A stretch of 64,000 nt of DNA. Origin: an uncultured Bacteroidales bacterium (GTDB lineage: Bacteria > Bacteroidota > Bacteroidia > Bacteroidales > SZUA-534). The notes beneath the pieces are model-generated. The model did not search any database. It saw nothing but the letters and a program-made list of their open reading frames with translations, and was not told the origin of the DNA. The first letter of the stretch is position 1; every line of letters begins with the position of its first letter. The stretch is taken from contig CBDUWQ010000001.1 of the NCBI GenBank assembly GCA_965370965.1, positions 10,388-74,387 on the forward strand. Reading direction: 5' to 3'. Of this stretch, positions 37,111-46,412 are shown piece after piece. The translations under genes and the position numbers were made by a program.

Positions 37111-38238
37111 ATGAATTTTATAGTTTCCAGCTCAACTTTATTACATCACTTACAAACAGTTAGCCGTGTAATAAGTTCAAAGAACACTTTACCTATTCTT
37201 GATAATTTTTTATTTCATTTGGTCGGTAATGAATTAACTATTACTGCATCTGATTTAGAGACAACATTAATATCAAAAGTGCAGCTTGATAGTGCTACCG
37301 ATGAAGGCTTAGTTGCTGTTGATGCAAAAAGGCTGACCAGTATATTGAAAGAATTTCCGGAGCAACCATTAACTTTTAATATTGATAAAGAAAGTTTGTC
37401 AGTTGATATTATTTCTGAAAACGGTAAGTTTAGTATTGTTGGTCATAATGCTGAAGACTTTCCACAGCTACCCGAGCTTAAAGGCGATGTTCACTCTATA
37501 TCAATAACAAGCGAATTGTTTAACCAAGGTGTTAGTAAAGCTCTGTTTGCTGCATCCGATGATGAATTGCGCCCTGTTATGACGGGAGTTTATATTGAAA
37601 TCTCGCCTGAGCATATGACATTTGTTGCGTCTGATTCTCACAAGTTGGTGCGTTACCGCAGGTCAGATGTTAAAACAGAAGAAAATGCATCATTTATTTT
37701 GCCACAAAAGCCTGCAGGGTTATTAAAAAATATTTTACAAAGCGACGATAGTGCAGTAAACCTTCAGTTTGATGATAAAAATGCATTATTTGAATTGGAT
37801 GGCTACAAATTGGTTTGCCGTTTGGTAGAGGGTAATTATCCTAATTATGAGGCGGTAATTCCAAAAGAAAATCCTAATAAACTTACCATCGACAGGCTCG
37901 ACTTTTATAATTCATTACGCCGTGTATCGGTATTTTCAAATCAGGCAAGCAACTTGGTTAAGCTATCAATGAGCGCAAACCAGCTTACTGTTTCAGCACA
38001 AGATATTGATTTCTCGATATCGGCGCATGAAAGGGTTAAATGCCAGTTTGAAGGAGATGAAATGGAAATTGGTTTTAAATCTCTTTTCTTAATTGAGATA
38101 TTATCAAATTTATCAACAGCCGATGTGGTTATGAACCTTTCTGACCCTACACGTGCAGGTATTTTATTTCCTGTTGATAAAGAAAATGACAATGAAGATG
38201 TTTTAATGCTGTTAATGCCAATGATGGTAAATGGATAA
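37111..38238 (+). CDS. dnaN: DNA polymerase III beta sliding clamp
   Basis: 375 aa with NTLPILDNFLF, TASDLETT, EGNYPNYEAVIP, LLMPMM, the classic DnaN pattern. Confidence 0.93.
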   Translation: MNFIVSSSTLLHHLQTVSRVISSKNTLPILDNFLFHLVGNELTITASDLETTLISKVQLDSATDEGLVAVDAKRLTSILKEFPEQPLTFNIDKESLSVDIISENGKFSIVGHNAEDFPQLPELKGDVHSISITSELFNQGVSKALFAASDDELRPVMTGVYIEISPEHMTFVASDSHKLVRYRRSDVKTEENASFILPQKPAGLLKNILQSDDSAVNLQFDDKNALFELDGYKLVCRLVEGNYPNYEAVIPKENPNKLTIDRLDFYNSLRRVSVFSNQASNLVKLSMSANQLTVSAQDIDFSISAHERVKCQFEGDEMEIGFKSLFLIEILSNLSTADVVMNLSDPTRAGILFPVDKENDNEDVLMLLMPMMVNG

Positions 38239-38288
38239 CAGTAAGTGTTTGTTAATTCTTAACAAGCATTAAATACAATAATAAAACC

Positions 38289-38318
38289 AAAACCGTTTCA
38301 TGACGAAGCGGTTTTTTA
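38289..38318 (+). terminator. rho-independent terminator after dnaN
   Basis: AACCGTTTC-ATGAC-GAAGCGGTT followed by TTTTTATT. Confidence 0.75.
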
Positions 38319-38468
38319 TTGCGTATTTTATTGATATTGTGTAAGTTGCACTATTAGTTAGATTTTGATAAGTTATATGGTTTATTATAAATTGTTGTAA
38401 TCGGCTAATATTTATATCTTTACCCCACAAATAAATAATAAGTACTAAATAAACCACATAATTAAATC

Positions 38469-40022
38469 ATGTTAAAAAAGGCATTGACTTTATTGTTTTG
38501 TTTTTCAATTATATATACAACATTTTCGCAGGATGATATTGAGATGATTCTAACAAAAAAGTATGCTGAAAATAGTTTTCGTGATGGTAATTATGAGTTT
38601 GCCCTTGAAAACTATTTGATACTATATGAAAATGATAAAAATAACATTAACCTAAATTATAAAATTGGCATATGTTATACAGAAACTACTATTGATAAAA
38701 ATAGTGCTATACCTTACCTTGAATTTGTTGTTGGGCATAATAATTACCCCATAAAATCATACTATTACCTTGGCAGGTCATATATGTACAATTACAGGTT
38801 TACTGTTGCTGTTGAGGCTTTTTACGAATACAAAATGATGGGAGTAAGTGAGGCTACCTTAACTGAAGCCGATAGGCTGATTGAGATGTGTTATGATGCC
38901 CTTGAGCGTATTAATACCCCGCATAATGTAACATTTCAATTACTCGATGCTTCTATCAACTCTGAATTTGATGAATACTATCCGTTTATTGATGCAACAC
39001 AAAATAGTTTAGTATTTTCATCGAACAGAACATATGTTGAAGAATATGAAGAGTATATAGCCAATGTATTTTATTCCGACTACAAAAAAGGAATATGGGA
39101 ATCAGCTTTGCCAATACCCATTAACACCTTTGATAATGAAGAGGTTGTTGGTATTCAATCAAATGGTGAAAAAATACTAATTTATGCCAATGGCGATAAT
39201 GCAACACATGATATTAAAATGGCAAACCGCAAGGGGATAAAATTTACCGATGTTTCAAGTAGTGAGCTTCCGTTTGATTTAAACACAGATGGCGTTGAAA
39301 TGGGGGCATGCCTTTCTCCTGATGGAAATACAATATATTTTGCAAGCAATAGGCGTGGAGGGCGCGGAGGCTTAGATATTTATTTTGCCAAAAAAGATGT
39401 TAGTGGTCAATGGAAAGCTGTCGAAAACCTTGGAAGCATGATTAATACCGAATACGATGAAAATTTTCCAAGCCTAAGTGCCGATGGAAGAAAACTATAT
39501 TTTGCATCAAAAGGGCATCCTGGCATTGGCGAGTATGATATTTATGAAACTACTTATATTGACTCGTTGCGATCTTGGACAACACCTATAAATTTAGGTT
39601 TCCCTATAAATACACCACAAGATAATACAACCATATCGTTTGCCGCCAATGGAAAAACAGCATATTTGGCAGCAAATAGAAAAGAGGGCTTTGGAAAACT
39701 TGATATATATAAAGTAACATTTGGAGATGAAAACCAATCTGTAATTGTTATGGTTACCCTAATGATAGGAACAGAATCAAATTCAATACCTTATTCCGAA
39801 GATTTTTTAAAGGCATATGGTACATTTTATGACCAATATGGTAATATTATTGCACAACTGCCGGTTGAAAGTGATGGTAATTTTTATGGAACACTTTACC
39901 CCGGAACATATAAACTTGAAGTTAAGTTTGAAGGATACGAAAAAGGATATACCGAAACCATGGTAATTGGCGAAGATAAACTAGGAGATTTTATCTCATC
40001 TATAGTATATTTAAAGCAATAA
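38469..40022 (+). CDS. secreted TPR + PD40 (TolB-like WD40 beta-propeller repeat) protein with C-terminal carboxypeptidase-regulatory-like domain
   Basis: Signal peptide, N-terminal TPR, and repeated PD40 signatures (NSEFDEYYPFI, DIYFAKKD..GQW..NLGSMINTEYDENFPSLSADGRKLYFAS). Confidence 0.7.
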   Translation: MLKKALTLLFCFSIIYTTFSQDDIEMILTKKYAENSFRDGNYEFALENYLILYENDKNNINLNYKIGICYTETTIDKNSAIPYLEFVVGHNNYPIKSYYYLGRSYMYNYRFTVAVEAFYEYKMMGVSEATLTEADRLIEMCYDALERINTPHNVTFQLLDASINSEFDEYYPFIDATQNSLVFSSNRTYVEEYEEYIANVFYSDYKKGIWESALPIPINTFDNEEVVGIQSNGEKILIYANGDNATHDIKMANRKGIKFTDVSSSELPFDLNTDGVEMGACLSPDGNTIYFASNRRGGRGGLDIYFAKKDVSGQWKAVENLGSMINTEYDENFPSLSADGRKLYFASKGHPGIGEYDIYETTYIDSLRSWTTPINLGFPINTPQDNTTISFAANGKTAYLAANRKEGFGKLDIYKVTFGDENQSVIVMVTLMIGTESNSIPYSEDFLKAYGTFYDQYGNIIAQLPVESDGNFYGTLYPGTYKLEVKFEGYEKGYTETMVIGEDKLGDFISSIVYLKQ

Positions 40023-40124
40023 AAATAAAATCATCTCTGAAAAAAACATGGCAAGCAATTTTTTTAATAAAACTTGCATAAAAGAGCATCATTAAATTTC
40101 ATACACTTACTAATATTTAGTCTT

Positions 40125-41669
40125 ATGATAAAGTATTACTTATCTCTGCTTATTACTGTACTAATCAGTATATCGTTGTTAGCACAAAAAGAAGAGCGTG
40201 AAGCTAACTATCATTTTAAATCGGGCAACTATGCAGTATCGTTAAAACAGTATGAAAAGCTTTATAATAAAGACACCACAAATAAAGAGTACTGTTATAG
40301 GCTGGGTGTTAGTTATTTAAAATGCAACAGTAATCCTACATTTGCTTTAAAGTACTTTAAAATAGTTGAAACTGATAAAAAAACAGAGCCAGAGTTTCTT
40401 TTTGATATAGGCAAGGCCTATTTATATAACCATGATTTTAAAAATGCAAAAATTAAATTTGATGCATGTAAAATCTTGGCTATTAAAAACTTGGCACTAA
40501 AACAAGAGGCAATTACATGGTATGAAATGACCAAAAATGCACAAAAAATGGTAAACATGCCATTAGATGTGTCTTTTATTAATATGGGCAAATATATCAA
40601 TTCCGAAATGGATGAATTAACACCATTTGTTACCCCCGATAATGAAATATTGCTTTATACATCAAACAATAAGTATGATCATAAATACCTGATTTATACT
40701 TATAATGTTTATTATTCAAACAAAAAAGGCTATTTTAAAAAGGGTAGATTATTGTCTGCTGTTAACTCTATGGACGATGAGTTTATGGCAGGAGTATCAT
40801 TAACAAATGAGCGTATTTATGTTCAGTTGCAAGGGTATGATGGCTTTCAGGATTTAATATATTCAGACAGGAATGGCAAAGGCTATCAAGGTAAAACCGG
40901 ACTTAGCAATAATATAAACACCAAATATGCCGAATTTGGAGCCTGCGAGACAGTTAATGGCGATACCCTGTTTTTTTCAAGTGGGCGCGAAGGTGGTTTT
41001 GGTGGAATGGACTTATATTTTAGCCTAAAATTGCCTACAGGCGAGTGGAGTGTACCCCGTAACCTTGGCGATAAAATTAACACCCCATACGATGAGGATT
41101 TTCCTGTATTATCATATAGTGGCAACATTATGTATTTTACATCAAACCGTCCCCAATCAATGGGAGGTTTTGATTTATTCAAAAGTAAAATTGATGGTGC
41201 TTCACGTAAATTTAGTCAACCAAAAAACTTAGGGTATCCTATAAACGATGTTTATGATAATAAAACCATTGCTTTTTCTGATAATAACAGATATGCATAT
41301 GTTTCAGCAATAAAACCAAATGGTTTTGGTTATGCTGATTTATACAGAGTTATTTTTAACCAAAATGATCCGTCGGTAAAAATAATGATATTGAATTTTA
41401 AAAAACTTGAAGGTAATAACAAAGAGCTATTTGCTGCTACCGATACATCGTTAAAAATAACAGCTTTTAAAAAAGGTAAAATTGTGTTTGGCGAATATGC
41501 CTACAATTTTAATAGCAGTTCGTCAACAATAGCCTTACCACCCGGTGATTATTCATTAGAAATAGTTGGGATAAAAACCAAAGAGTTTACTTACAAAGTA
41601 TCAGTTCCAGATATTCCTTCTGGAAAAAAAATAGAAAAAAAGGAGATAGTTTTAGAACTTAAAAATTAA
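40125..41669 (+). CDS. paralogous TPR + PD40 repeat protein
   Basis: Same architecture as 38469-40022 (MDLYFSLKLPTGEWSVPRNLGDKINTPYDEDFPVLS..MYFTSNR). I prefer the ATG at 40125 (MIKYYLSLLITVLISISLLAQ signal) over the TTG at 40074. Confidence 0.7.
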   Translation: MIKYYLSLLITVLISISLLAQKEEREANYHFKSGNYAVSLKQYEKLYNKDTTNKEYCYRLGVSYLKCNSNPTFALKYFKIVETDKKTEPEFLFDIGKAYLYNHDFKNAKIKFDACKILAIKNLALKQEAITWYEMTKNAQKMVNMPLDVSFINMGKYINSEMDELTPFVTPDNEILLYTSNNKYDHKYLIYTYNVYYSNKKGYFKKGRLLSAVNSMDDEFMAGVSLTNERIYVQLQGYDGFQDLIYSDRNGKGYQGKTGLSNNINTKYAEFGACETVNGDTLFFSSGREGGFGGMDLYFSLKLPTGEWSVPRNLGDKINTPYDEDFPVLSYSGNIMYFTSNRPQSMGGFDLFKSKIDGASRKFSQPKNLGYPINDVYDNKTIAFSDNNRYAYVSAIKPNGFGYADLYRVIFNQNDPSVKIMILNFKKLEGNNKELFAATDTSLKITAFKKGKIVFGEYAYNFNSSSSTIALPPGDYSLEIVGIKTKEFTYKVSVPDIPSGKKIEKKEIVLELKN

Positions 41670-41723
41670 GGCATATTCCCGCTATATAAATTACTTTTTA
41701 CCTTTACAAAAAAAAAAGCTTTT

Positions 41724-42530
41724 ATGGATTTAAACCTAAAAAAACCAATTGTAATATTCGACCTTGAAACAACCGGAATTGATGTAGTAAACGATAGAAT
41801 AGTTGAAATTTCATACCTGAAAGTTTTACCCGATGGTAATGAAGAACAAAAGACACAAAGGATAAATCCTGAAATGCCGATCCCCGAAAAGTCAACATCA
41901 ATTCATGGAATTACCGATGCCGATGTAAAAGACATGCCAACTTTTAAAGAATTTGCCAAAAAATTTGCCAAAACTTTAGAGGGTGCAGATTTAGGAGGGT
42001 TTAATTCAAATAAATTTGATATACCACTATTGGCTGAGGAGTTTTTGAGGGTTGGGGTAGATTTTGATTTTCATAAGAAAAAATTTATTGATGTGCAGGT
42101 TATTTTTCATAAAATGGAACGCCGTTCATTAATTGCCGCATACAAATTTTATTGTGGTAAAAAACTTGAAGGTGCCCATGGTGCTGCTGTCGATACTAAA
42201 GCAACTTATGAAGTGCTAAAGGCACAGCTTGACAGATATAAAGGTATTGATTTTGAAGATTTTGAAGGTAATATATCACAGCCAATTGTAAATGATATTG
42301 TGGCACTATCTGATTTTTCGGCACATAATAAAAATGTTGACTTTGCAGGTCGCATAATTTTTAACGAAAAAGGTATAGAGGTGTTTAACTTTGGAAAATA
42401 TAAAGGTATATCTGTAGAAAGTGTGTTCGAAAAAGACCCGGGTTACTATGGATGGATGCTAAAAAGCGAATTTCCCCTTTACACAAAAAAAATATTGACA
42501 CAGATTAAATTAAGGGCAATGCAAAAATAA
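41724..42530 (+). CDS. DEDDh 3'-5' exonuclease (DnaQ/epsilon-like) with C-terminal extension
   Basis: ExoI IVIFDLETTG, ExoII GFNSNKFDIPLL, ExoIII HGAAVDTKATYEV. Confidence 0.8.
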   Translation: MDLNLKKPIVIFDLETTGIDVVNDRIVEISYLKVLPDGNEEQKTQRINPEMPIPEKSTSIHGITDADVKDMPTFKEFAKKFAKTLEGADLGGFNSNKFDIPLLAEEFLRVGVDFDFHKKKFIDVQVIFHKMERRSLIAAYKFYCGKKLEGAHGAAVDTKATYEVLKAQLDRYKGIDFEDFEGNISQPIVNDIVALSDFSAHNKNVDFAGRIIFNEKGIEVFNFGKYKGISVESVFEKDPGYYGWMLKSEFPLYTKKILTQIKLRAMQK

Positions 42531-42671
42531 ATCATACATCGAAAATCGTTAAACGAACAGAGTAAGTACACAGGCTTTTTTTATACTACAATATTTATTA
42601 TTAACGATTTGAGAATTTACCTCATTGCGCTTTTTTACCGATAATTAGTAACATATAAAATTTTAAAACAG

Positions 42672-43283
42672 ATGAAAATAATAGCCATAGGCCGTAACTA
42701 TATTGATCATGCCAAAGAGCTGAATAACCCTGTACCCGATGAACCGGTTATTTTTTTAATGCCCGAGACCGCCTTAATACGAAATAATAAGCCTTTTTTT
42801 TATCCCGATTTTTCAAAAGATATACATTACGAGGTTGAACTGGTTTTAAAAATAGATAAACTGGGTAAAAATATTGCCGAAAAATTTGCGCATAGATATT
42901 ACAATGAAATTGGTATTGGCATTGATTTTACTGCACGCGATATGCAGACAAGCTTAAAAGAGAAAGGCCTGCCATGGGAAAAAGCAAAGGCTTTTGATGG
43001 AGCCGCTCCACTTGGTGCTTTTGTTTCAAAAGAGGAATTTGATAGTGTAAAAAACATAAACTTCTCGTTAGAAAAAAATGGTAAAGTGGTTCAGCAGGGT
43101 AATTCAAAAGATATGCTTTTCTCGTTTGATTCAATAATTGCGCATATCTCAAAATACTTTACCCTAAAAATTGGCGATTTAATTTATACTGGAACACCTG
43201 CCGGGGTGGGACCAGTTAAAATTGACGATAACCTGTTGGCAAAAATCGAAGGCAAAGAGCTGTTAATGGTTGATATTCGCTAA
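42672..43283 (+). CDS. fumarylacetoacetate hydrolase (FAH) family protein
   Basis: KIIAIGRNYIDHAKE..PVIFLMP..YEVELVLKI..DFTARD..KAFDG..GDLIYTGTPAGVG. Confidence 0.85.
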   Translation: MKIIAIGRNYIDHAKELNNPVPDEPVIFLMPETALIRNNKPFFYPDFSKDIHYEVELVLKIDKLGKNIAEKFAHRYYNEIGIGIDFTARDMQTSLKEKGLPWEKAKAFDGAAPLGAFVSKEEFDSVKNINFSLEKNGKVVQQGNSKDMLFSFDSIIAHISKYFTLKIGDLIYTGTPAGVGPVKIDDNLLAKIEGKELLMVDIR

Positions 43284-43479
43284 TTTGCATTATATAACTA
43301 CCAAGTTTAACACTCTTTATAATAGCTTAACTCGGCACTTTCAGTTTAATCGTATTTCATTATTTATCAACAATATGTGTCGATAAAAGTCATTCAATAT
43401 TACTAAGTAGTTAACTATGTTTTGGTTTGAGATAGAATAACCGCTTAAGCTCGCACTACTCATATCCTAACTGTTCAGG

Positions 43480-44229
43480 TTAAAAGTTACTATTTACAAA
43501 TTCAACCTCTTTAAAATAAAAAGTTCTTAATAAACCATCAGTAGTTTCCATTGTTATTTTACCATCGTTATCAACCGATTTTATTTGGGCTTTAAATATT
43601 CTGTTTTCTGCTTTATATTCATAATACGAATTATTCCTATACAGATGCGCAAAATATGTTTTATTTATTTTGTCTGTCAAGCCATTGTTTAATACGTTAT
43701 ACCAAATGCCAATTTGGGTTAAAATATCATTAAGGCACTCATTTAAATCAAAATTTTTGCTAAAAATATTTTTTAACGAAATAGGGTTTGGGGCATTGCT
43801 TTTAAAAACCTCTTGATTAATATTTATGCCAATACCTACTATGGTAAAATTTAATTTATTGCCTAATAGTTGGTTTTCAATCAAAATTCCCCCCAATTTT
43901 TTATTACAATAGTATATATCGTTGGGCCATTTTATGGTAAAGCATTTATCAAGTTTGATTAAATAACTAATAATGCCCAACGAAATAACCTTTGATACCA
44001 TAAATATATTTTCGGCTAATAAAAATGTTGGGCGTAAAAGCAAACTGATTGTAAGGTTGTCTCCGGGCGCACTTTCCCAATAGCTTTCTTCTTGTCCCCG
44101 TCCGTTTTTTTGATAATTTGTTACAACAACATACCCTTCGGGCAAATCCTTTTCAATGGTCAGTTTTTTAAGGTGGTCGTTTGTTGATGCCACCTTTTTA
44201 ACCTTTATGTAGTTAATATCTTTTAACAT
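43480..44229 (-). CDS. birA: biotin--[acetyl-CoA-carboxylase] ligase (group I, no HTH)
   Basis: QKNGRGQEESYWESAPGDNLTISLLL, KWPNDIYY..KLGGILIE. Confidence 0.8.
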   Translation of the reverse strand: MLKDINYIKVKKVASTNDHLKKLTIEKDLPEGYVVVTNYQKNGRGQEESYWESAPGDNLTISLLLRPTFLLAENIFMVSKVISLGIISYLIKLDKCFTIKWPNDIYYCNKKLGGILIENQLLGNKLNFTIVGIGININQEVFKSNAPNPISLKNIFSKNFDLNECLNDILTQIGIWYNVLNNGLTDKINKTYFAHLYRNNSYYEYKAENRIFKAQIKSVDNDGKITMETTDGLLRTFYFKEVEFVNSNF

Positions 44230-44261
44230 TTACTTTGCTTGTTTCGGTTTAAAAAAATCAC

Positions 44262-44282
44262 AAAGTTCATAATCGCTCAATT
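44262..44282 (+). repeat. exact 21-mer repeat AAAGTTCATAATCGCTCAATT (copy 2)
   Basis: Identical to 7645-7665. It lies between birA and the LuxR-type regulator gene, 1 nt from a ...TATTATTCAGGTTA motif. Confidence 0.8.
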
Positions 44283-44297
44283 ATACTATTATTCAGG

Positions 44298-44945
44298 TTA
44301 AACACTAATAAGCTTATTTTTAATTGCATACATAATTAAGTTTGCAGTATTTTTCGAATTGGTTTTGCTTAAAAGGTTTGCCCTGTGTTTGTCAACTGTC
44401 CGTTTGCTTATAAATAAATTATCGGCAATTTCTTGATTCGATAGTCCGTTGCATATCTCCTCAAGCACCTGTAGTTCTCTTTTTGATAGTTTTGCTGTTT
44501 CATCAATAGGCTCTTTATGAGGTTTAAAGTTTTTTATCACATTATATAAAAGCTCCTGTGAAAAATAGCTGTTTCCTGTATTTACCTGATTTATTGCCTC
44601 AATTACCTCGTTTATTTCAGAATTTTTTAGCAGAAATCCCTTTGCCCCGGCATTAATCATTTTATAGTAATACTCCTCCTCGCCAAACATCGACAGGGCA
44701 ACTATTTTAATGTCAGGGTATTTTTCATTTGCCAGTTGTGTGGCTTCAACGCCATCCATAACCGGCATATTAATATCCATTAAAACAATATCTGGCATAT
44801 TGTTTTCAATTTTCTCAATAAATTCTTTGCCATTTTCCGCTTCACTTATTACTATAAAATCAGGATGCGTATCTAATAAAATCTTTAACCCGTTTCTAAA
44901 TAAGGCATGGTCATCAACCAGTGTAATTTTTATTTTTTTACCCAT
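44298..44945 (-). CDS. NarL/FixJ (LuxR-type) response regulator
   Basis: REC domain (DDH..PDIVLMDINMPVMDG) plus C-terminal LuxR HTH (LSKRELQVLEEICNGLSNQEIADNLFISKRTVDKHR). Confidence 0.9.
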   Translation of the reverse strand: MGKKIKITLVDDHALFRNGLKILLDTHPDFIVISEAENGKEFIEKIENNMPDIVLMDINMPVMDGVEATQLANEKYPDIKIVALSMFGEEEYYYKMINAGAKGFLLKNSEINEVIEAINQVNTGNSYFSQELLYNVIKNFKPHKEPIDETAKLSKRELQVLEEICNGLSNQEIADNLFISKRTVDKHRANLLSKTNSKNTANLIMYAIKNKLISV

Positions 44946-44950
44946 AACAT

Positions 44951-45901
44951 TTAATGTATTTTAACTTTAATAAGCGCATTTGTCCCATCACCATGGGCAC
45001 TGGTAATTATAAAAATACCATTTATCGATTTTATGCGCGATGATATATTTTGTAATCCCATTCCACCGGTTTGAATATCTTCACCTTTATCTGTGTCAAA
45101 TCCTAAACCGTTATCATTATATTGAATGGTTAAGGTTCGCAAATGTTTTGATATATTTATAGATATATTTTTAGCCTTTGCATGTTTTAAAGTGTTGTTA
45201 ATCAGCTCGCATGTGGCTCTATATAAAACAACCTCGGCATTGGCATTAAACCGTTCATTTTCCATATTGCTTAGCAGTTCTATTTTAACTGTTTTGGTAT
45301 TGTTAATTTTATGAGTAAAATTTTTTAAAGCACTTACCAAACCAAAATTGGTTAAAACGTGTGGGCTTAAATTGTTCGATATCTCTTTAATACTTGTAAT
45401 GGCCTCGTTAATTACCATATTAGTATTCTCTAATATAGCTTTTTTGTTTTTTTCATTATTGGAATTTAATAGTGCCGAAATAGACATTTTTACCGTCGAT
45501 AATAATGGTCCCAGTCCATCATGCAGGTCTTTTGCAAACCGTTTTCGCTCCCTTTCTTCGGTTTGTGTTATGGTATTAATAAGCCTTTTTTCGGCACGTG
45601 TCCTGTCAATACTTGCCTTTTTAAGCGTATAAAAAATCTCCCCTATTAAAAAAACACCTGCAGTAAATAAAAATGATATAATAACCGCAAGCCACTCGTC
45701 GGCCATAGTCAAATAAAATGAAAAATCGTCTTGTAAAAATTGAATGAGCTTAATAGCCCTTTTTATTGCCATTAATAAAAAACCCAATGATATAAGCACC
45801 CATGATGCCCTATATTTGGTAACACGCATTAATCGTAATGCAAAAATTGCTGCAATAAGTTGCAAAACAATTGAAATAAGAAGTGCTACTAACCTAACCA
45901 T
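44951..45901 (-). CDS. membrane sensor histidine kinase (HisKA_3 / NarX-DegS type)
   Basis: Three to four TM helices, H-box FAKDLHDGLGPLL, and a HATPase_c C-terminus (DNGLGF..GGMGLQNISSR). It lies 5 nt upstream of the response regulator. Confidence 0.85.
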   Translation of the reverse strand: MVRLVALLISIVLQLIAAIFALRLMRVTKYRASWVLISLGFLLMAIKRAIKLIQFLQDDFSFYLTMADEWLAVIISFLFTAGVFLIGEIFYTLKKASIDRTRAEKRLINTITQTEERERKRFAKDLHDGLGPLLSTVKMSISALLNSNNEKNKKAILENTNMVINEAITSIKEISNNLSPHVLTNFGLVSALKNFTHKINNTKTVKIELLSNMENERFNANAEVVLYRATCELINNTLKHAKAKNISINISKHLRTLTIQYNDNGLGFDTDKGEDIQTGGMGLQNISSRIKSINGIFIITSAHGDGTNALIKVKIH

Positions 45902-46004
45902 GTTTTTTTAACAAAAATAGTCATATAATATATTTTTGAAAGTATCTTTGGAAATAAATAATATTAGTGTATTATTATTAATTAAGAAACAAAACAAAAA
46001 TTAT

Positions 46005-46012
46005 TATCTTTG
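46005..46012 (+). promoter_or_regulatory. candidate -7 box TATCTTTG for rsfS-ftsH operon
   Basis: Exact TAnnTTTG match 16 nt upstream of the ATG at 46029. Additional matches lie at 45931-45938 and 45943-45950. Confidence 0.45.
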
Positions 46013-46028
46013 TGGCAAATTTTAATAT

Positions 46029-46394
46029 ATGGCAAATAACAATAAACAAACAATTTTAAAAGATGTGGTGGTTGAGTCCATTAAGGAAAAGAAGGGAAAG
46101 GAAATTATTGTTTTAGATTTGAGAAAACTTGATCAATCAATAGCCGATTATTTTGTAATATGCCATGGCGATTCAAACACACAAGTTGATGCAATCTCTG
46201 ATTTTATTGAACGTCAAGTTAGGTCAGAATTGAAAGAGCATATGACCCATAAAGAAGGTGCTGATAATTTACAATGGGTTTTGCTTGACTATGGGTGGGT
46301 AATTGTTCATGTATTTTTAGAAGAGTACCGTAGGTTTTATAACCTTGAAGATTTGTGGGCAGATGCAAAAATTGAATTAATTAGTGAAGAATAA
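46029..46394 (+). CDS. rsfS: ribosome silencing factor
   Basis: 121 aa with KKGKEIIVLDLRKL..ADYFVICHGDSNTQVDAI..WVLLDYGWVIVHVF. Confidence 0.9.
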   Translation: MANNNKQTILKDVVVESIKEKKGKEIIVLDLRKLDQSIADYFVICHGDSNTQVDAISDFIERQVRSELKEHMTHKEGADNLQWVLLDYGWVIVHVFLEEYRRFYNLEDLWADAKIELISEE

Positions 46395-46412
46395 TTTTTC
46401 ATAACAACTTAA

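Noticed and set aside
37077-38318. dnaN neighbourhood as a possible replication origin
   Set aside because: There is no dnaA gene and no cluster of TTATCCACA-like boxes in the flanking spacers. Only isolated one- or two-mismatch matches occur, elsewhere in the window (for example near 18404 and 50507).
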